Below, piece by piece: positions 23,292-32,589 of a stretch of 48,060 nt of DNA. The stretch's first letter is position 1. Each line of letters starts with the position of its first letter. A model generated the notes under the pieces. That model was not told where the DNA came from, did no database searches, and saw only the letters and a program-made list of their open reading frames with translations. The DNA lies in contig JAAVHM010000014.1 of the NCBI GenBank assembly GCA_014799675.1, positions 3,836 to 51,895 of the forward strand, in the 5' to 3' direction. The DNA is from Ruminococcus sp. Lineage in GTDB: Bacteria > Bacillota > Clostridia > Oscillospirales > Ruminococcaceae. The position numbers and the translations under genes are program-made.

Positions 23292-24020
23292 TCACATCAT
23301 GTTATCAATTTTACGTGTTCCCTTTGGAAGCTCCGTATCTAAGGTAAGCTCCTCCATTTCGGCAAAGCCTGCGGAAACGTACTCGTTTTTCTTTTTCTGC
23401 TCTTTGAGACTGTTTTTTCTGTACTCGCTCTGCTTATAGGTAAGTCCCGTTGTGTTGGACATACTCTGGGGTTCTGTCAGAAGCGGGATAAAATCGGGAT
23501 AGCCGTCCTGTAAAGAAAGGTAATCCAGTTCCTTATATAAGCCCAGTACGAAGCTTTCCAGCCAAACGCCCAACGCGCCGCCCGCAAGAAGATATACTCC
23601 CATAGCAGTCCCGCAGATTCCCGCGAAAAGACCGAAAAGACCGTACAGACAGCCTAAGCCGTAAAAAATCAGCATAGCGATGTTGTACCCTCTTTTTTTC
23701 GACACATAGGAAGCCACCGCCAATATCGCAAGCAGCAGGATATACGCCATAAAGCCGTACGGGTACTCATACACCAATTTATTTGTTACGGCAGACGAGG
23801 AATCGCCGTCTGTAGCCTCTCGGAGAATTAATTCTGCCCACATCATAGTGCTTCCCGCCATGCCTGCAAGGGCTCTTATAAAGTAATATATGCCCATGAC
23901 AAGGTATACCAGTCCCGAAGCTATTACAGACGCAAGAAACCCGAATTTCATGGACTTTCTGATGTTATTCATTCTGCCGCGGTTTACTTCAAGCTCGTAT
24001 TCGATTTTTGCGGAAGCCAT
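23292..24020 (-). CDS. polytopic membrane protein, unknown function
   Basis: 242 aa with 4-5 TM segments. It lies 60 nt downstream of aroC on the same strand. Confidence 0.5.
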   Translation of the reverse strand: MASAKIEYELEVNRGRMNNIRKSMKFGFLASVIASGLVYLVMGIYYFIRALAGMAGSTMMWAELILREATDGDSSSAVTNKLVYEYPYGFMAYILLLAILAVASYVSKKRGYNIAMLIFYGLGCLYGLFGLFAGICGTAMGVYLLAGGALGVWLESFVLGLYKELDYLSLQDGYPDFIPLLTEPQSMSNTTGLTYKQSEYRKNSLKEQKKKNEYVSAGFAEMEELTLDTELPKGTRKIDNMM

Positions 24021-24080
24021 AAGAAATCCTCCTTATATCATATCTGCGTGTATCTTCTTTGGGACTGTACGGCAATGCCG

Positions 24081-25172
24081 TCAAAAGTTCGGATAATTAA
24101 GCATATGCGAAAGAATTGCAATATTTGCCGCCGACTCAACACACGGTACTGCTCTCGGCACTACGCATGGGTCGTGTCTGCCCTTGATGACAAGGGTCTC
24201 GTTTTTGAGCGCGGACAGGTCAACGGTCTCCTGTGGCTTTGAGATAGAGGGAGTTGGCTTGAAAGCCACTCTGAAAACTATTGGCATACCCGAGGAAATT
24301 CCTCCCAAAATGCCGCCGTGATTGTTGGTTTTTGTAAGTACATGACCGTGGTCGTCAACATAAAACTCGTCGTTGTTCTGACTTCCAAGCATTTCCGCAA
24401 CCTCGAAGCCTGCGCCGAACTCGATACCCTTTACCGCAGGGATACCGAAAACAAGCTGTGCAATGCTGTTCTCCAGTCCCTCAAAGATAGGCGAGCCTAT
24501 TCCCGCGGGGACGTTGGTCACTATGCACTCGATAATTCCGCCGAGACTGTCCATAGCCTCACGAGCCTTTGCAATGTCGTTAAACATCGCCGTACCCTTT
24601 TTGTCGTTTATGGTGGGGAATTTCTTGTGCCTTAGCTTAACGATATCCTCTTTGGAAACGCCGCATGGGTCGAATTTTGTATCCTTAATATTGTGTATCT
24701 GCAAAATATGTGCGCCTGTGTAGATCCCTCTGCGTTCCAAAATCTGTCCGCAGACTGCTCCCGCAAAGCAAAGGGGCGCAGTAAGCCTTCCCGAAAAGTG
24801 ACCGCCGCCGCGGACGTCATTGAAACCCTTATATCTGAGCGCGCCCGTATAGTCCGCATGACCCGGGCGGGCAAGCTTTGAAATGTTGCCGTAATCCTGT
24901 GAATGGGTGTCTGTATTGTTAATAAAAGCTGCAAGGGGTGTTCCTGTAGTATAATTGTTATATATTCCCGAAAGTATATTCGGCATATCCGTTTCGCGCC
25001 GCGGCGTGGAAGTTGCGTCCTTTTTGGGAGCGCGTCTTGCCATGAAATTACGGAGCTCCTCTGCGTCAATGTATTCCCCCGAGGGAAGCTTGTCCAGCAC
25101 AACTCCTATTGCGGGACCATGGGATTCGCCGAAAATCGACACTGTCAGATTATGGTTCCAAAATGACGACAT
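24081..25172 (-). CDS. aroC: chorismate synthase
   Basis: 363 aa. FGESHGPAIGVVLD N-terminus, GRHDPCVVPRA near the C-terminus. Confidence 0.93.
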   Translation of the reverse strand: MSSFWNHNLTVSIFGESHGPAIGVVLDKLPSGEYIDAEELRNFMARRAPKKDATSTPRRETDMPNILSGIYNNYTTGTPLAAFINNTDTHSQDYGNISKLARPGHADYTGALRYKGFNDVRGGGHFSGRLTAPLCFAGAVCGQILERRGIYTGAHILQIHNIKDTKFDPCGVSKEDIVKLRHKKFPTINDKKGTAMFNDIAKAREAMDSLGGIIECIVTNVPAGIGSPIFEGLENSIAQLVFGIPAVKGIEFGAGFEVAEMLGSQNNDEFYVDDHGHVLTKTNNHGGILGGISSGMPIVFRVAFKPTPSISKPQETVDLSALKNETLVIKGRHDPCVVPRAVPCVESAANIAILSHMLNYPNF

Positions 25173-25249
25173 CTATAAAATCATTCCTTTCGGGTTAGTA
25201 ATGGATCGCTGTATCGTTTGTGTAAAGTGATTGCTGAAAATTATCCGAA

Positions 25250-26503
25250 TTAATTATTGATAAATTCAAACGTCCCGCCGAGAGAGCGAAAATCATTCCA
25301 GAAATTGGGGTAGCTTTTCTGCACCGCTTCCGCGTCGGTAATAATTATCTCACCCTCCGCCATAGTTGAAGCTATTGCGGAAGCCATAACTATCCTGTGG
25401 TCGTTGCAGCCCTCTATTTTTCCGCCGCGGAATTTCTCCGCAGGTTCGATTTCAAGAGAGTCGCCGCAGACCTTGACCTTTCCGCCGATATTGTTCATTG
25501 CCTCGGAAATAGCCGCAAGCCTGTCACATTCCTTGATCTTCAGGCGTTCCGCGCCGACAATGCGGCTTGTCCCGTCAGTAAAACAGCCCAGCACCGTCAG
25601 AATAGGTACAAGGTCGGGAATGTCGGAAACGTCCGCGGTAAAGGCGGAAAGCCGACCGTTTATCTTATTATAACCCATTTTTTCTATAATTTCAAGGATT
25701 TTTTTGTCTCCCTGCACAGAATTTTCGTTGAGGTTGTCAATTTCGACCTCCGAGCCGAGGGCGTTTGCCGCAAAGAAAAACGCCGCCTGTGAGTAATCTC
25801 CCTCCACCGCGCATTTTGCGCTTCGGTACTTTTGTCCGCCTTTAATGGTGTAAATCGGGAAACCGTTCTCGTCACAGCTTTCCTCAACCTCAACGCCGAA
25901 AAGCTTCAACGCGTCCAATGTCATATCAACGTAAGGCTTCGATTCAAGCCGAGAGGTAAGGCGTATCACCGAATTTTCCCTGCAAAGCGGCAGAGCAAAA
26001 AGCAGTCCCGTAATAAACTGGGAGGAAATATTTCCCTCCAGCTCGTATTCGCCGCCTGTGAGCTTTCCACTCATTGAAAAGGGCATTACTCCCTCTTCAC
26101 GGGTAATTGTAACGCCGTGCTTTCCAAGCTCGCGGATATATGGCGTAATGGGGCGTTCGGGAAGCTTCCCGCTGCCGTGGAATTCACATTCGCAGCCCAG
26201 AGCCGCCGCTACAGGTATGATAAAACGCAGCGTAGAACCGCTTTCGCCGCAGTCCACAACAGCCTTTTTCGCAGGGTCTTTTATGCCCATGACCGTGTAC
26301 ACGCCGTCGTCGCAGTAAACATTCGCGCCGAAAGCGGTCATTGCCGCCGCCGTGGCTTCGATGTCCTTTGAGGAGCTTATATTCGACAGCTCCGACACGC
26401 CTCCCGCAAGAGCCGCGGCTATCATTACACGGTGGGAAGCGCTTTTGGACGAGGGCGCGGAAACCCTGCCTATAAGGCGTTTTGGTGTTATTTTTACTTC
26501 CAT
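25250..26503 (-). CDS. aroA: 3-phosphoshikimate 1-carboxyvinyltransferase (EPSP synthase)
   Basis: 417 aa with PSSKSASHR, GESGSTLRF and NDHRIVMA motifs. Confidence 0.93.
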   Translation of the reverse strand: MEVKITPKRLIGRVSAPSSKSASHRVMIAAALAGGVSELSNISSSKDIEATAAAMTAFGANVYCDDGVYTVMGIKDPAKKAVVDCGESGSTLRFIIPVAAALGCECEFHGSGKLPERPITPYIRELGKHGVTITREEGVMPFSMSGKLTGGEYELEGNISSQFITGLLFALPLCRENSVIRLTSRLESKPYVDMTLDALKLFGVEVEESCDENGFPIYTIKGGQKYRSAKCAVEGDYSQAAFFFAANALGSEVEIDNLNENSVQGDKKILEIIEKMGYNKINGRLSAFTADVSDIPDLVPILTVLGCFTDGTSRIVGAERLKIKECDRLAAISEAMNNIGGKVKVCGDSLEIEPAEKFRGGKIEGCNDHRIVMASAIASTMAEGEIIITDAEAVQKSYPNFWNDFRSLGGTFEFINN

Positions 26504-26565
26504 AAGTACTCCTTTTTAAAAGGTAGAGGTCAGAAAATTTTTCCAGCCCATATGAGGGTCAAGAC

Positions 26566-27645
26566 TCAGTCCTGCTCCGATAATAGTGCAAGGAACGCCT
26601 GCACGTGCATTTTCTTTATCATGGACGCGCCGATATCACAGCATACCACAATGTTAATGTCGTCGCCGAAACGCTTTTTGTCGTTGAGACAAGCCGCGCC
26701 AAGCTGACCCATAGTCGGCTCGATCGGCACGTTCAGCCTGTAAAGGTCAAGGCAGTTTTTCAGCCTTTCAAGCGTTCCCGCCTCGGCAATTCCGTGGCTT
26801 TCGGCAACCTGGGTTATCATTCTCATTCCCGCCGCAACAGCCTGTCCGTGGGTTATTCCCGTGTAATTATAGTACTGCTCTATGGAGTGTCCCAGCGTGT
26901 GTCCGAAATTCAGCTTCATACGCTCTCCCCTGTCGAACTCGTCAGCCTGAACAACGTCCCGCTTTATAGAAATATTTTGGGCGACAACGTCCTCCAAAAC
27001 TTCTTTGTCAGCACGGAGGGACTTTAAGTCATATTTTTCCAGCTTTTCAAAAAGCTTTGCGGACTTTATCATACCGTGCTTAACGACTTCGCCCATGCCG
27101 TCAATAAAAAATTCCTCGGGAAGTGTGTCCAGAGCGTCAATGTCGCAAAGCACTAATTTCGGCTGCTTGAACGCTCCCACAAGGTTCTTTCCGCCGGGGA
27201 GGTCTACTCCAGTCTTGCCGCCCACGGAGGAATCCACCTGTGCAAGCAAGGTCGTTGGGAACTGGACGAAATCCATTCCACGCAGGTAGGAAGCCGCCGC
27301 AAAGCCTGTCATATCGCCTGTTACGCCGCCGCCGAGAGCCACAAGGCAGTCGCTGCGGGTAATGTTATTTTCACACAAAAAATTCCAGATTTTGAGAAGC
27401 GTTTCGGGAGTTTTGGACTGCTCTCCGTGGGGGAAAACAAACTTGCAGACCTCAAAACCCTCGCTTTCAAGGGCTTTCACGACCTTTTCGCCGTGGAAAC
27501 CGTCCACACGGTCGTCGGTTATGACCGCAAGCTTTACCGCCGAGGAAACCTCCCTGACGTATTTTCCGCAGTCGGCAAGCAAGCCTCTGCCGATAATAAC
27601 GTCGTATTTTCCGCTGGCAGTTACTGTAATTTTCTGCATTATCAA
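26566..27645 (-). CDS. aroB: 3-dehydroquinate synthase
   Basis: 359 aa with GGGVTGDMTGFAAA, GGKTGVDL and FGHTLGHSIE motifs. Confidence 0.93.
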   Translation of the reverse strand: MIMQKITVTASGKYDVIIGRGLLADCGKYVREVSSAVKLAVITDDRVDGFHGEKVVKALESEGFEVCKFVFPHGEQSKTPETLLKIWNFLCENNITRSDCLVALGGGVTGDMTGFAAASYLRGMDFVQFPTTLLAQVDSSVGGKTGVDLPGGKNLVGAFKQPKLVLCDIDALDTLPEEFFIDGMGEVVKHGMIKSAKLFEKLEKYDLKSLRADKEVLEDVVAQNISIKRDVVQADEFDRGERMKLNFGHTLGHSIEQYYNYTGITHGQAVAAGMRMITQVAESHGIAEAGTLERLKNCLDLYRLNVPIEPTMGQLGAACLNDKKRFGDDINIVVCCDIGASMIKKMHVQAFLALLSEQD

Positions 27646-27673
27646 GCAGTCCTTTCTTTAACGGTTGCCCCGC

Positions 27674-28690
27674 TTATTTGCCAAGTGTTCTTCCCATATA
27701 TTTCGCCAGATCCTTGACCTTTGTCATGACCTCGGCAAACTTTGCGGGAGTAAGCTGCTGACCGCCGTCGGAAAGCGCGCTCTTGGGGTCGTTGTGTACC
27801 TCGATCTCGAGAGCGTCCGCGCCGGAAACCACCGCCGCAAGGGACATCGGCTCGATGAGGGAAACAATTCCCGTCGCGTGAGAGGGGTCAACGCAAACAG
27901 GCAGGTGAGACTTCTGCTTCAGAAGCGGTACTGCCGATATATCAAGTGTATTTCTTGTCATTGTTTCAAAAGTCCTGATACCTCTTTCGCAAAGGGCAAC
28001 GTTCATGTTTCCCCCTGCCATGATGTACTCGGCGGACATGAGAAGCTCCTCCAAAGTGTTTGCCAGACCGCGTTTGAGCAGTACGGGCTTGTCGCACTCG
28101 CCGAGAGCCTTAAGAAGCTTGAAGTTCTGCATATTTCTTGCGCCGACCTGAATTACGTCAACGTCTGCAAAAAGGTCAAGGTCGGCAATGCTCATTATCT
28201 CGGTAACTATGGGCAGACCCGTTTCCTGCCTTGCTTTGAGGAGAAGCTTGATGCCCTCGCCCTCCAAGCCTTGGAAAGAATAGGGAGAAGTTCGTGGCTT
28301 GAACGCGCCGCCGCGGAGCATTGTTGCGCCCGCTTCCTTGCAGGCGATAGCGGTTGTGATAATCTGTTCCTCGCTTTCAACGGAGCAGGGACCCGCGATT
28401 ATCTGCAAAGAGCCGTTGCCCATAACAGTGTCACGAACCTTGATAACGGTATCGTCGGGGTGGAATTTTCTGTTAGCCTTTTTGTAAGGCTCTTGAACGC
28501 GGCGGACTTCCTCAACGCAGTCCTGCGCGAAAAGGTTGTCCATATCAATTACGGAGGTGTCGCCGACAAGTCCTATAATGCTCTGGCTTGCGCCCTCGAT
28601 AAAGTTTGCGCTTATTCCTTTATTTTCAAGAATTTTTACAAGTCTGTTTACCGACTCCTTCTGCGAGTCCTTTTTAAGAATGATGATCAT
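27674..28690 (-). CDS. aroF: 3-deoxy-7-phosphoheptulonate (DAHP) synthase, type I-beta with N-terminal regulatory domain
   Basis: 338 aa. An N-terminal about 70-aa ferredoxin/ACT-like domain is followed by IIAGPCSVES and a KDO8P/DAHPS-type barrel with LRGGAFKPRTSPYSFQG. Confidence 0.88.
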   Translation of the reverse strand: MIIILKKDSQKESVNRLVKILENKGISANFIEGASQSIIGLVGDTSVIDMDNLFAQDCVEEVRRVQEPYKKANRKFHPDDTVIKVRDTVMGNGSLQIIAGPCSVESEEQIITTAIACKEAGATMLRGGAFKPRTSPYSFQGLEGEGIKLLLKARQETGLPIVTEIMSIADLDLFADVDVIQVGARNMQNFKLLKALGECDKPVLLKRGLANTLEELLMSAEYIMAGGNMNVALCERGIRTFETMTRNTLDISAVPLLKQKSHLPVCVDPSHATGIVSLIEPMSLAAVVSGADALEIEVHNDPKSALSDGGQQLTPAKFAEVMTKVKDLAKYMGRTLGK

Positions 28691-28834
28691 TTTTATTTTC
28701 TCCTTTTAGAAATATATATTTAACCTCTAATAAAAAAATTTGAACATTTGATCCGCCTCCTTGAGGGGGCTTTGACAAAGTAAAATACTATATTTTTTAA
28801 TTTGGGGGTGACGCTCGCCGCGGGGCGTTCCCCG

Positions 28835-29872
28835 CTATTTTGTAACGATGACCGTATCGGGAAGTCTGTCCTGTAAGGATTGAAGCTCGTCCTCGGAGAT
28901 ATCCACGCCTACAAGATAAACCTTTTTAAGATCGACAAGATTTTTAAGGGGGTTAAAGTTTGTTACATGGTTGCCGTCAAGCCTAATCCAGCCGAGAGAG
29001 GTCAGCGAGGTAAGCGGCTCAATATCCGATATGTTGTTGTTGTCAAGGTAGACCTCTGTCAGGTCAGCCATATTTGAAAGCGGCATAATGTCGCTTATGC
29101 TGTTGTTGTGCAGGTGCAGCCTGTCCATTTTCTTAAGACCGCTTAACGCTGAAATGTCGGAAATATTATTGTCGTTGAGCCTTAACAGTTCAAGATTTCT
29201 AAGCTCCGTAAGGGGCGTTATATCGGAAACGCTGTTCTCGGAAAGGTCAAGGACTTCAAGACCGTAAAGCCCGTCAAGAGCAGAAATATCGCTGATATTG
29301 TTTGCTCTTAAATAGAGACCTTTAAGGGAGATAAGTCCCGCAAGAGGCGAAAGGTCGCTGACCTTATTATTGAAAAGCGACAGGTTTTCAAGGTCGGTAA
29401 GTCCCTTGACAAAGGAAATATCTGTAATATTGTTCTGATAAACGTACAGCTCGGTGAGGTTTATCATATATTTCAAGTCCTTGACGTCCTCGTCGGTAAG
29501 ATCCATATTGTTAAGAGTAAGGGAGGTAAGCGCTGTGCTGTACTCCTTGCCCTTTATGGTAATAAACTTCGGCAGGTCAGCCATAGCCTCGGCTTTTGCG
29601 GCGGCAGCGTCGCTTACCGCGGGGTTGTCCTTGCCCATGATAAAGTCATATTTATCTTTGTACTCGATATACGGCACGGTCTCGGCTTTAAGAGACTGCA
29701 CCTGACTTTCAAGCTCGGCTATCCTTGATTCGTAGCCCGCCTCGTCAAACGTTACAGTTGTTGTTATTTCTGTCTCGTCCTTTGAAATAAGTCCCTTGAT
29801 TTTTTCACAGCCTGTTGCTGAAAGAACAAGTACGGCGGCAATTGCCGCAGGAAAAATTTTTCTGATCTTCAT
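28835..29872 (-). CDS. leucine-rich-repeat lipoprotein (internalin-like LRR)
   Basis: Lipobox LSATGC, a coiled-coil stretch, then about 9 tandem 22-aa LRRs (L-x-L-x-N-N-I-S-D-I-x-P-L). Confidence 0.8.
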   Translation of the reverse strand: MKIRKIFPAAIAAVLVLSATGCEKIKGLISKDETEITTTVTFDEAGYESRIAELESQVQSLKAETVPYIEYKDKYDFIMGKDNPAVSDAAAAKAEAMADLPKFITIKGKEYSTALTSLTLNNMDLTDEDVKDLKYMINLTELYVYQNNITDISFVKGLTDLENLSLFNNKVSDLSPLAGLISLKGLYLRANNISDISALDGLYGLEVLDLSENSVSDITPLTELRNLELLRLNDNNISDISALSGLKKMDRLHLHNNSISDIMPLSNMADLTEVYLDNNNISDIEPLTSLTSLGWIRLDGNHVTNFNPLKNLVDLKKVYLVGVDISEDELQSLQDRLPDTVIVTK

Positions 29873-30090
29873 AACAATATTCTCCTTTTCATCGGGGGAA
29901 GCAGCACTCCCATATTACAGCCTTACTTCCGTCACGCAATAATACATATTTTATTATACAGCATTTTCCCACGTAATGTCAAGGAAAAATAATTAATAAT
30001 TAATAGTTAATAATGAATAATTATTTAATGTTTTTTAATAAATAGATTAACAGGTTGAAACGGATAAATTTATATTTATATTTATATTTG

Positions 30091-30182
30091 CAACGTCTCT
30101 GTAGGGCGGGGGCTCTGCTCCCGCCTTTTAAACGAATTTGATATACAAAAGGCGGGAGCAAGCCCCCGCCCTACAGTTGTTG
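30091..30182. repeat. GTAGGGCGG-type long hairpin element, copy 2
   Basis: CTGTAGGGCGGGGGCTCTGCTCCCGCCTTTT pairs almost perfectly (about 30 bp) with AAAAGGCGGGAGCAAGCCCCCGCCCTACAG. It shares the CAACGTYTCTGTAGGG and TTTTAAACG blocks with copy 1, and is preceded by (TTTATAT)x3 at 30068-30090. Confidence 0.75.
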
Positions 30183-30261
30183 GATAAATATGAGAAGTTA
30201 AAATTTATCTGATTGCCGCTGTGCAACTTTTATTGCCCTGTACAAAAATTCCCCCAAAGCC

Positions 30262-30290
30262 TTGATATGCCGCAAATACGCCGCTATACT
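30262..30290 (+). promoter_or_regulatory. candidate promoter of the tail-fibre-like gene
   Basis: TTGATA (30262-30267), a 17-nt spacer, then TATACT (30285-30290). An AGGAAAGGA RBS precedes the ATG at 30329. Confidence 0.5.
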
Positions 30291-30328
30291 GAAAATATGG
30301 GAACAAATCTACAGGAAAGGAAAATCTT

Positions 30329-32473
30329 ATGGAATTAAAAGTTATCGGCAAACGGCTTTTTACCGAGCGTATCGACAAAACTATCACCGAGGGCGAATAC
30401 AACGCCGACGTGATAGGCATAACCCTCGACCGCTTCCATGACGGGGCAGACCTGTCGGAATACAGCTTCCGCATTACGGCTTACTCCGAGGACGGCGAGG
30501 CAATGGCAGAGCAAGTCCTGTCAAAAGACCCTGCGGGGGAAAGCTCCATACGCCTTGTATGGAGGGTCGCTCCCGGCTTTGCGGCGGAAAGCGGCTTGCT
30601 CACCCTTACCCTTGCGGGAGTTTCCCCCGACAATTCCGCGCAGATAAAGTTCACCTCCTCCCCCGTAAGGATAAACGCTGACGGCAGGGCGGAATTTATC
30701 CCCGAAAAAACTGTTGCGGAGCAGTACCTGAACCAAGTCCAGCTTGAGGCGCAGAAAGCGTTGGACGCGGCGGAACGCGCCGAGGAAGCGGCTTCCAAGC
30801 CAATTGAGATAGCTGCCGCGACGGAGGAAAAAATCGGCGGCGTGCTGTCAGGCGGCGACGTTTCCGTTGACGAAAGCGGAAATGTCACGGTAAATTCCGT
30901 TGGCGGAAGGACGGTTGAAGCGGACGTCCCAGCAGACGCAAGGTTCACCGACACGGTGTACACCCTGCCCAAAGCCTCGGAAAACGTTCTGGGCGGCGTT
31001 ATGGTTGACGGAACAACCGTTACCGCTGACGAAAACGGCGTTATTTCGGCGGCAGGTTCGGGAGAAAAGTACGTGCTTCCCGAAGCAACGGAAAACACCC
31101 TCGGCGGCGTTATGGTTGACGGTACTACAGTTACCGTAAAAAACGGCGTTCTCTCGGCGGCAGCGGGGGAAAAATACGTCCTGCCCGCGGCTACCGCAAC
31201 GGTGCTTGGCGGCGTTAAGGTGGACGGAACGACAATTACCGCAAAGGACGGCGTTATTTCCGCAGTTGGCGGAAGCGGCGGCGGGAACGGCGGCAGCGGC
31301 TATGTTCTCCCTGCGGCGACGGACAGCTCCCTCGGCGGCGTAATTGTGGACGGCACAACTATCACAGCCAGCGAAAACGGCGTTATCTCCGTTATCGGAG
31401 GAACAGGCGGCGGAAGCGGTTACGTCCTCCCTGCCGCTGACGAAAACACGCTTGGCGGCGTTATGGTGGACGGCTCGACTATTTCCGCAAGAGCCGGAGT
31501 TATTTCCGTTGAGAATAATTCCCACAGCCACACGGTCGAAAACATCACAGGCTTGCAGGAAGCTTTGGACGGCAAGGCGGATATTTCCGCAATACCAACA
31601 TCAGTTCCCGCAAACGGCGGAAACGCCGACACGGTAGGGGGCTTTACGGTGGAGACAAACGTCCCCGCGGACGCAAAGTTCACAGATACGGTCTACACTC
31701 TGCCCGAGGCGACTTCAAGCGTTCTCGGCGGCGTTATGACGGACGGCTCTACCATTTCCGCAAACGGTGGTATAATTTCCGTTGCGGACAATTCCCACGG
31801 TCACACCATAGCCAACGTTGCGGGCTTGCAGGGCGTTCTTGACGGCAAGGCGGATATTTCCGCAATACCCACTTCTCTCCCCGCAAACGGAGGAAACGCC
31901 GCAACCGTAGGCGGCTTCACCGTGGGCGCGAACGTCCCCTCAAACGCAAAGTTCACCGACACGGTCTATACCCTGCCGAAAGCTACAGCAAGCGTTCTCG
32001 GCGGCGTAAAGGTAGACGGCACTACTATCACCGCAAACGCAAGCGGAGTAATTTCCGCATTGGCTTCGGGGGGAAGCGGCATTACTATCGACAAGATATA
32101 CGAGGACAACGTTTACTGGAGCAGTCACGCCGATTTCCGCTACATAAAGCTGCCCTACGCGTACACCTACTGGGACTACATTTTCGCCACAAATCTTTAT
32201 GTCGTCTCAACCACGCCCTGGTACGGACATTCGGGCTGTATTCTTCTGAAAACCCAGTATATCATCACCGCTTCGAGAGACCCCTCCACATACGCGGCGA
32301 CAAAAGCGCCGATACAGTATAACTTCAACGGCATGGGCAATGAAACGTCCTATCTCCAGTTTTCAAACACAACTCATATCACCGTCAGGGGAGCTGAACA
32401 GCTTGTTATCTGGGGAATAAAAATGCCTAACAAAGCAATGCTCGGTTCGCTTGCTGCCAACGCGACCGCCTGA
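30329..32473 (+). CDS. phage tail-fibre-like repeat protein (orphan)
   Basis: 714 aa with no signal peptide. Eight copies of Y-[VT]-LP-x-A-x(4)-LGGV-x-VDG-[TS]-T-[IV]-x(4,5)-GVIS, two NSH-[SG]-HT-x(4)-GLQ-x-[AV]-LDGKADIS modules, and a unique about 135-aa C-terminal domain. Confidence 0.7.
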   Translation: MELKVIGKRLFTERIDKTITEGEYNADVIGITLDRFHDGADLSEYSFRITAYSEDGEAMAEQVLSKDPAGESSIRLVWRVAPGFAAESGLLTLTLAGVSPDNSAQIKFTSSPVRINADGRAEFIPEKTVAEQYLNQVQLEAQKALDAAERAEEAASKPIEIAAATEEKIGGVLSGGDVSVDESGNVTVNSVGGRTVEADVPADARFTDTVYTLPKASENVLGGVMVDGTTVTADENGVISAAGSGEKYVLPEATENTLGGVMVDGTTVTVKNGVLSAAAGEKYVLPAATATVLGGVKVDGTTITAKDGVISAVGGSGGGNGGSGYVLPAATDSSLGGVIVDGTTITASENGVISVIGGTGGGSGYVLPAADENTLGGVMVDGSTISARAGVISVENNSHSHTVENITGLQEALDGKADISAIPTSVPANGGNADTVGGFTVETNVPADAKFTDTVYTLPEATSSVLGGVMTDGSTISANGGIISVADNSHGHTIANVAGLQGVLDGKADISAIPTSLPANGGNAATVGGFTVGANVPSNAKFTDTVYTLPKATASVLGGVKVDGTTITANASGVISALASGGSGITIDKIYEDNVYWSSHADFRYIKLPYAYTYWDYIFATNLYVVSTTPWYGHSGCILLKTQYIITASRDPSTYAATKAPIQYNFNGMGNETSYLQFSNTTHITVRGAEQLVIWGIKMPNKAMLGSLAANATA
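30821..32059 (+). repeat. in-frame tandem repeats inside the tail-fibre-like gene
   Basis: About 31-40-aa units recur at protein residues 165-577. This includes a higher-order 90-aa (270-nt) duplication at 31514-32056. Confidence 0.8.
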
Positions 32474-32500
32474 TAAAATTTAAAAAACCGCATATCACAA

Positions 32501-32545
32501 ACTGCCAATGCTTTGATAAAAGCATTGGCAGTTTTATTTTTGTTT
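32501..32545 (+). terminator. intrinsic terminator after the tail-fibre-like gene
   Basis: ACTGCCAATGCTT-TGATAA-AAGCATTGGCAGT followed by TTTTATTTTTGTTT. Confidence 0.75.
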
Positions 32546-32589
32546 CGGAACAGAAAAGGCGAGAAAGTAAACATATAGGCAAAAATATA

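Noticed and set aside
27665-28723. 352-aa plus-strand ORF
   Set aside because: Antisense to the DAHP synthase gene, which is confidently identified. No independent signals.
30062-30189. GGATAAAT direct repeat on both sides of the 30091-30182 hairpin element as a target-site duplication
   Set aside because: The left copy is separated from the element by a 21-nt TTTATAT repeat and the motif is AT-rich and short. A chance match cannot be excluded.
30205-30474. 89-aa minus-strand ORF overlapping the promoter and start of the tail-fibre-like gene
   Set aside because: No RBS. It overlaps a better-supported gene and its promoter, and the product has no features.
30481-31531. Minus-strand ORFs of 205 and 227 aa inside the tail-fibre-like gene
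   Set aside because: They arise from the repetitive GC-rich sequence read in reverse. The plus-strand frame carries the coherent repeat motif together with a promoter, RBS and terminator.
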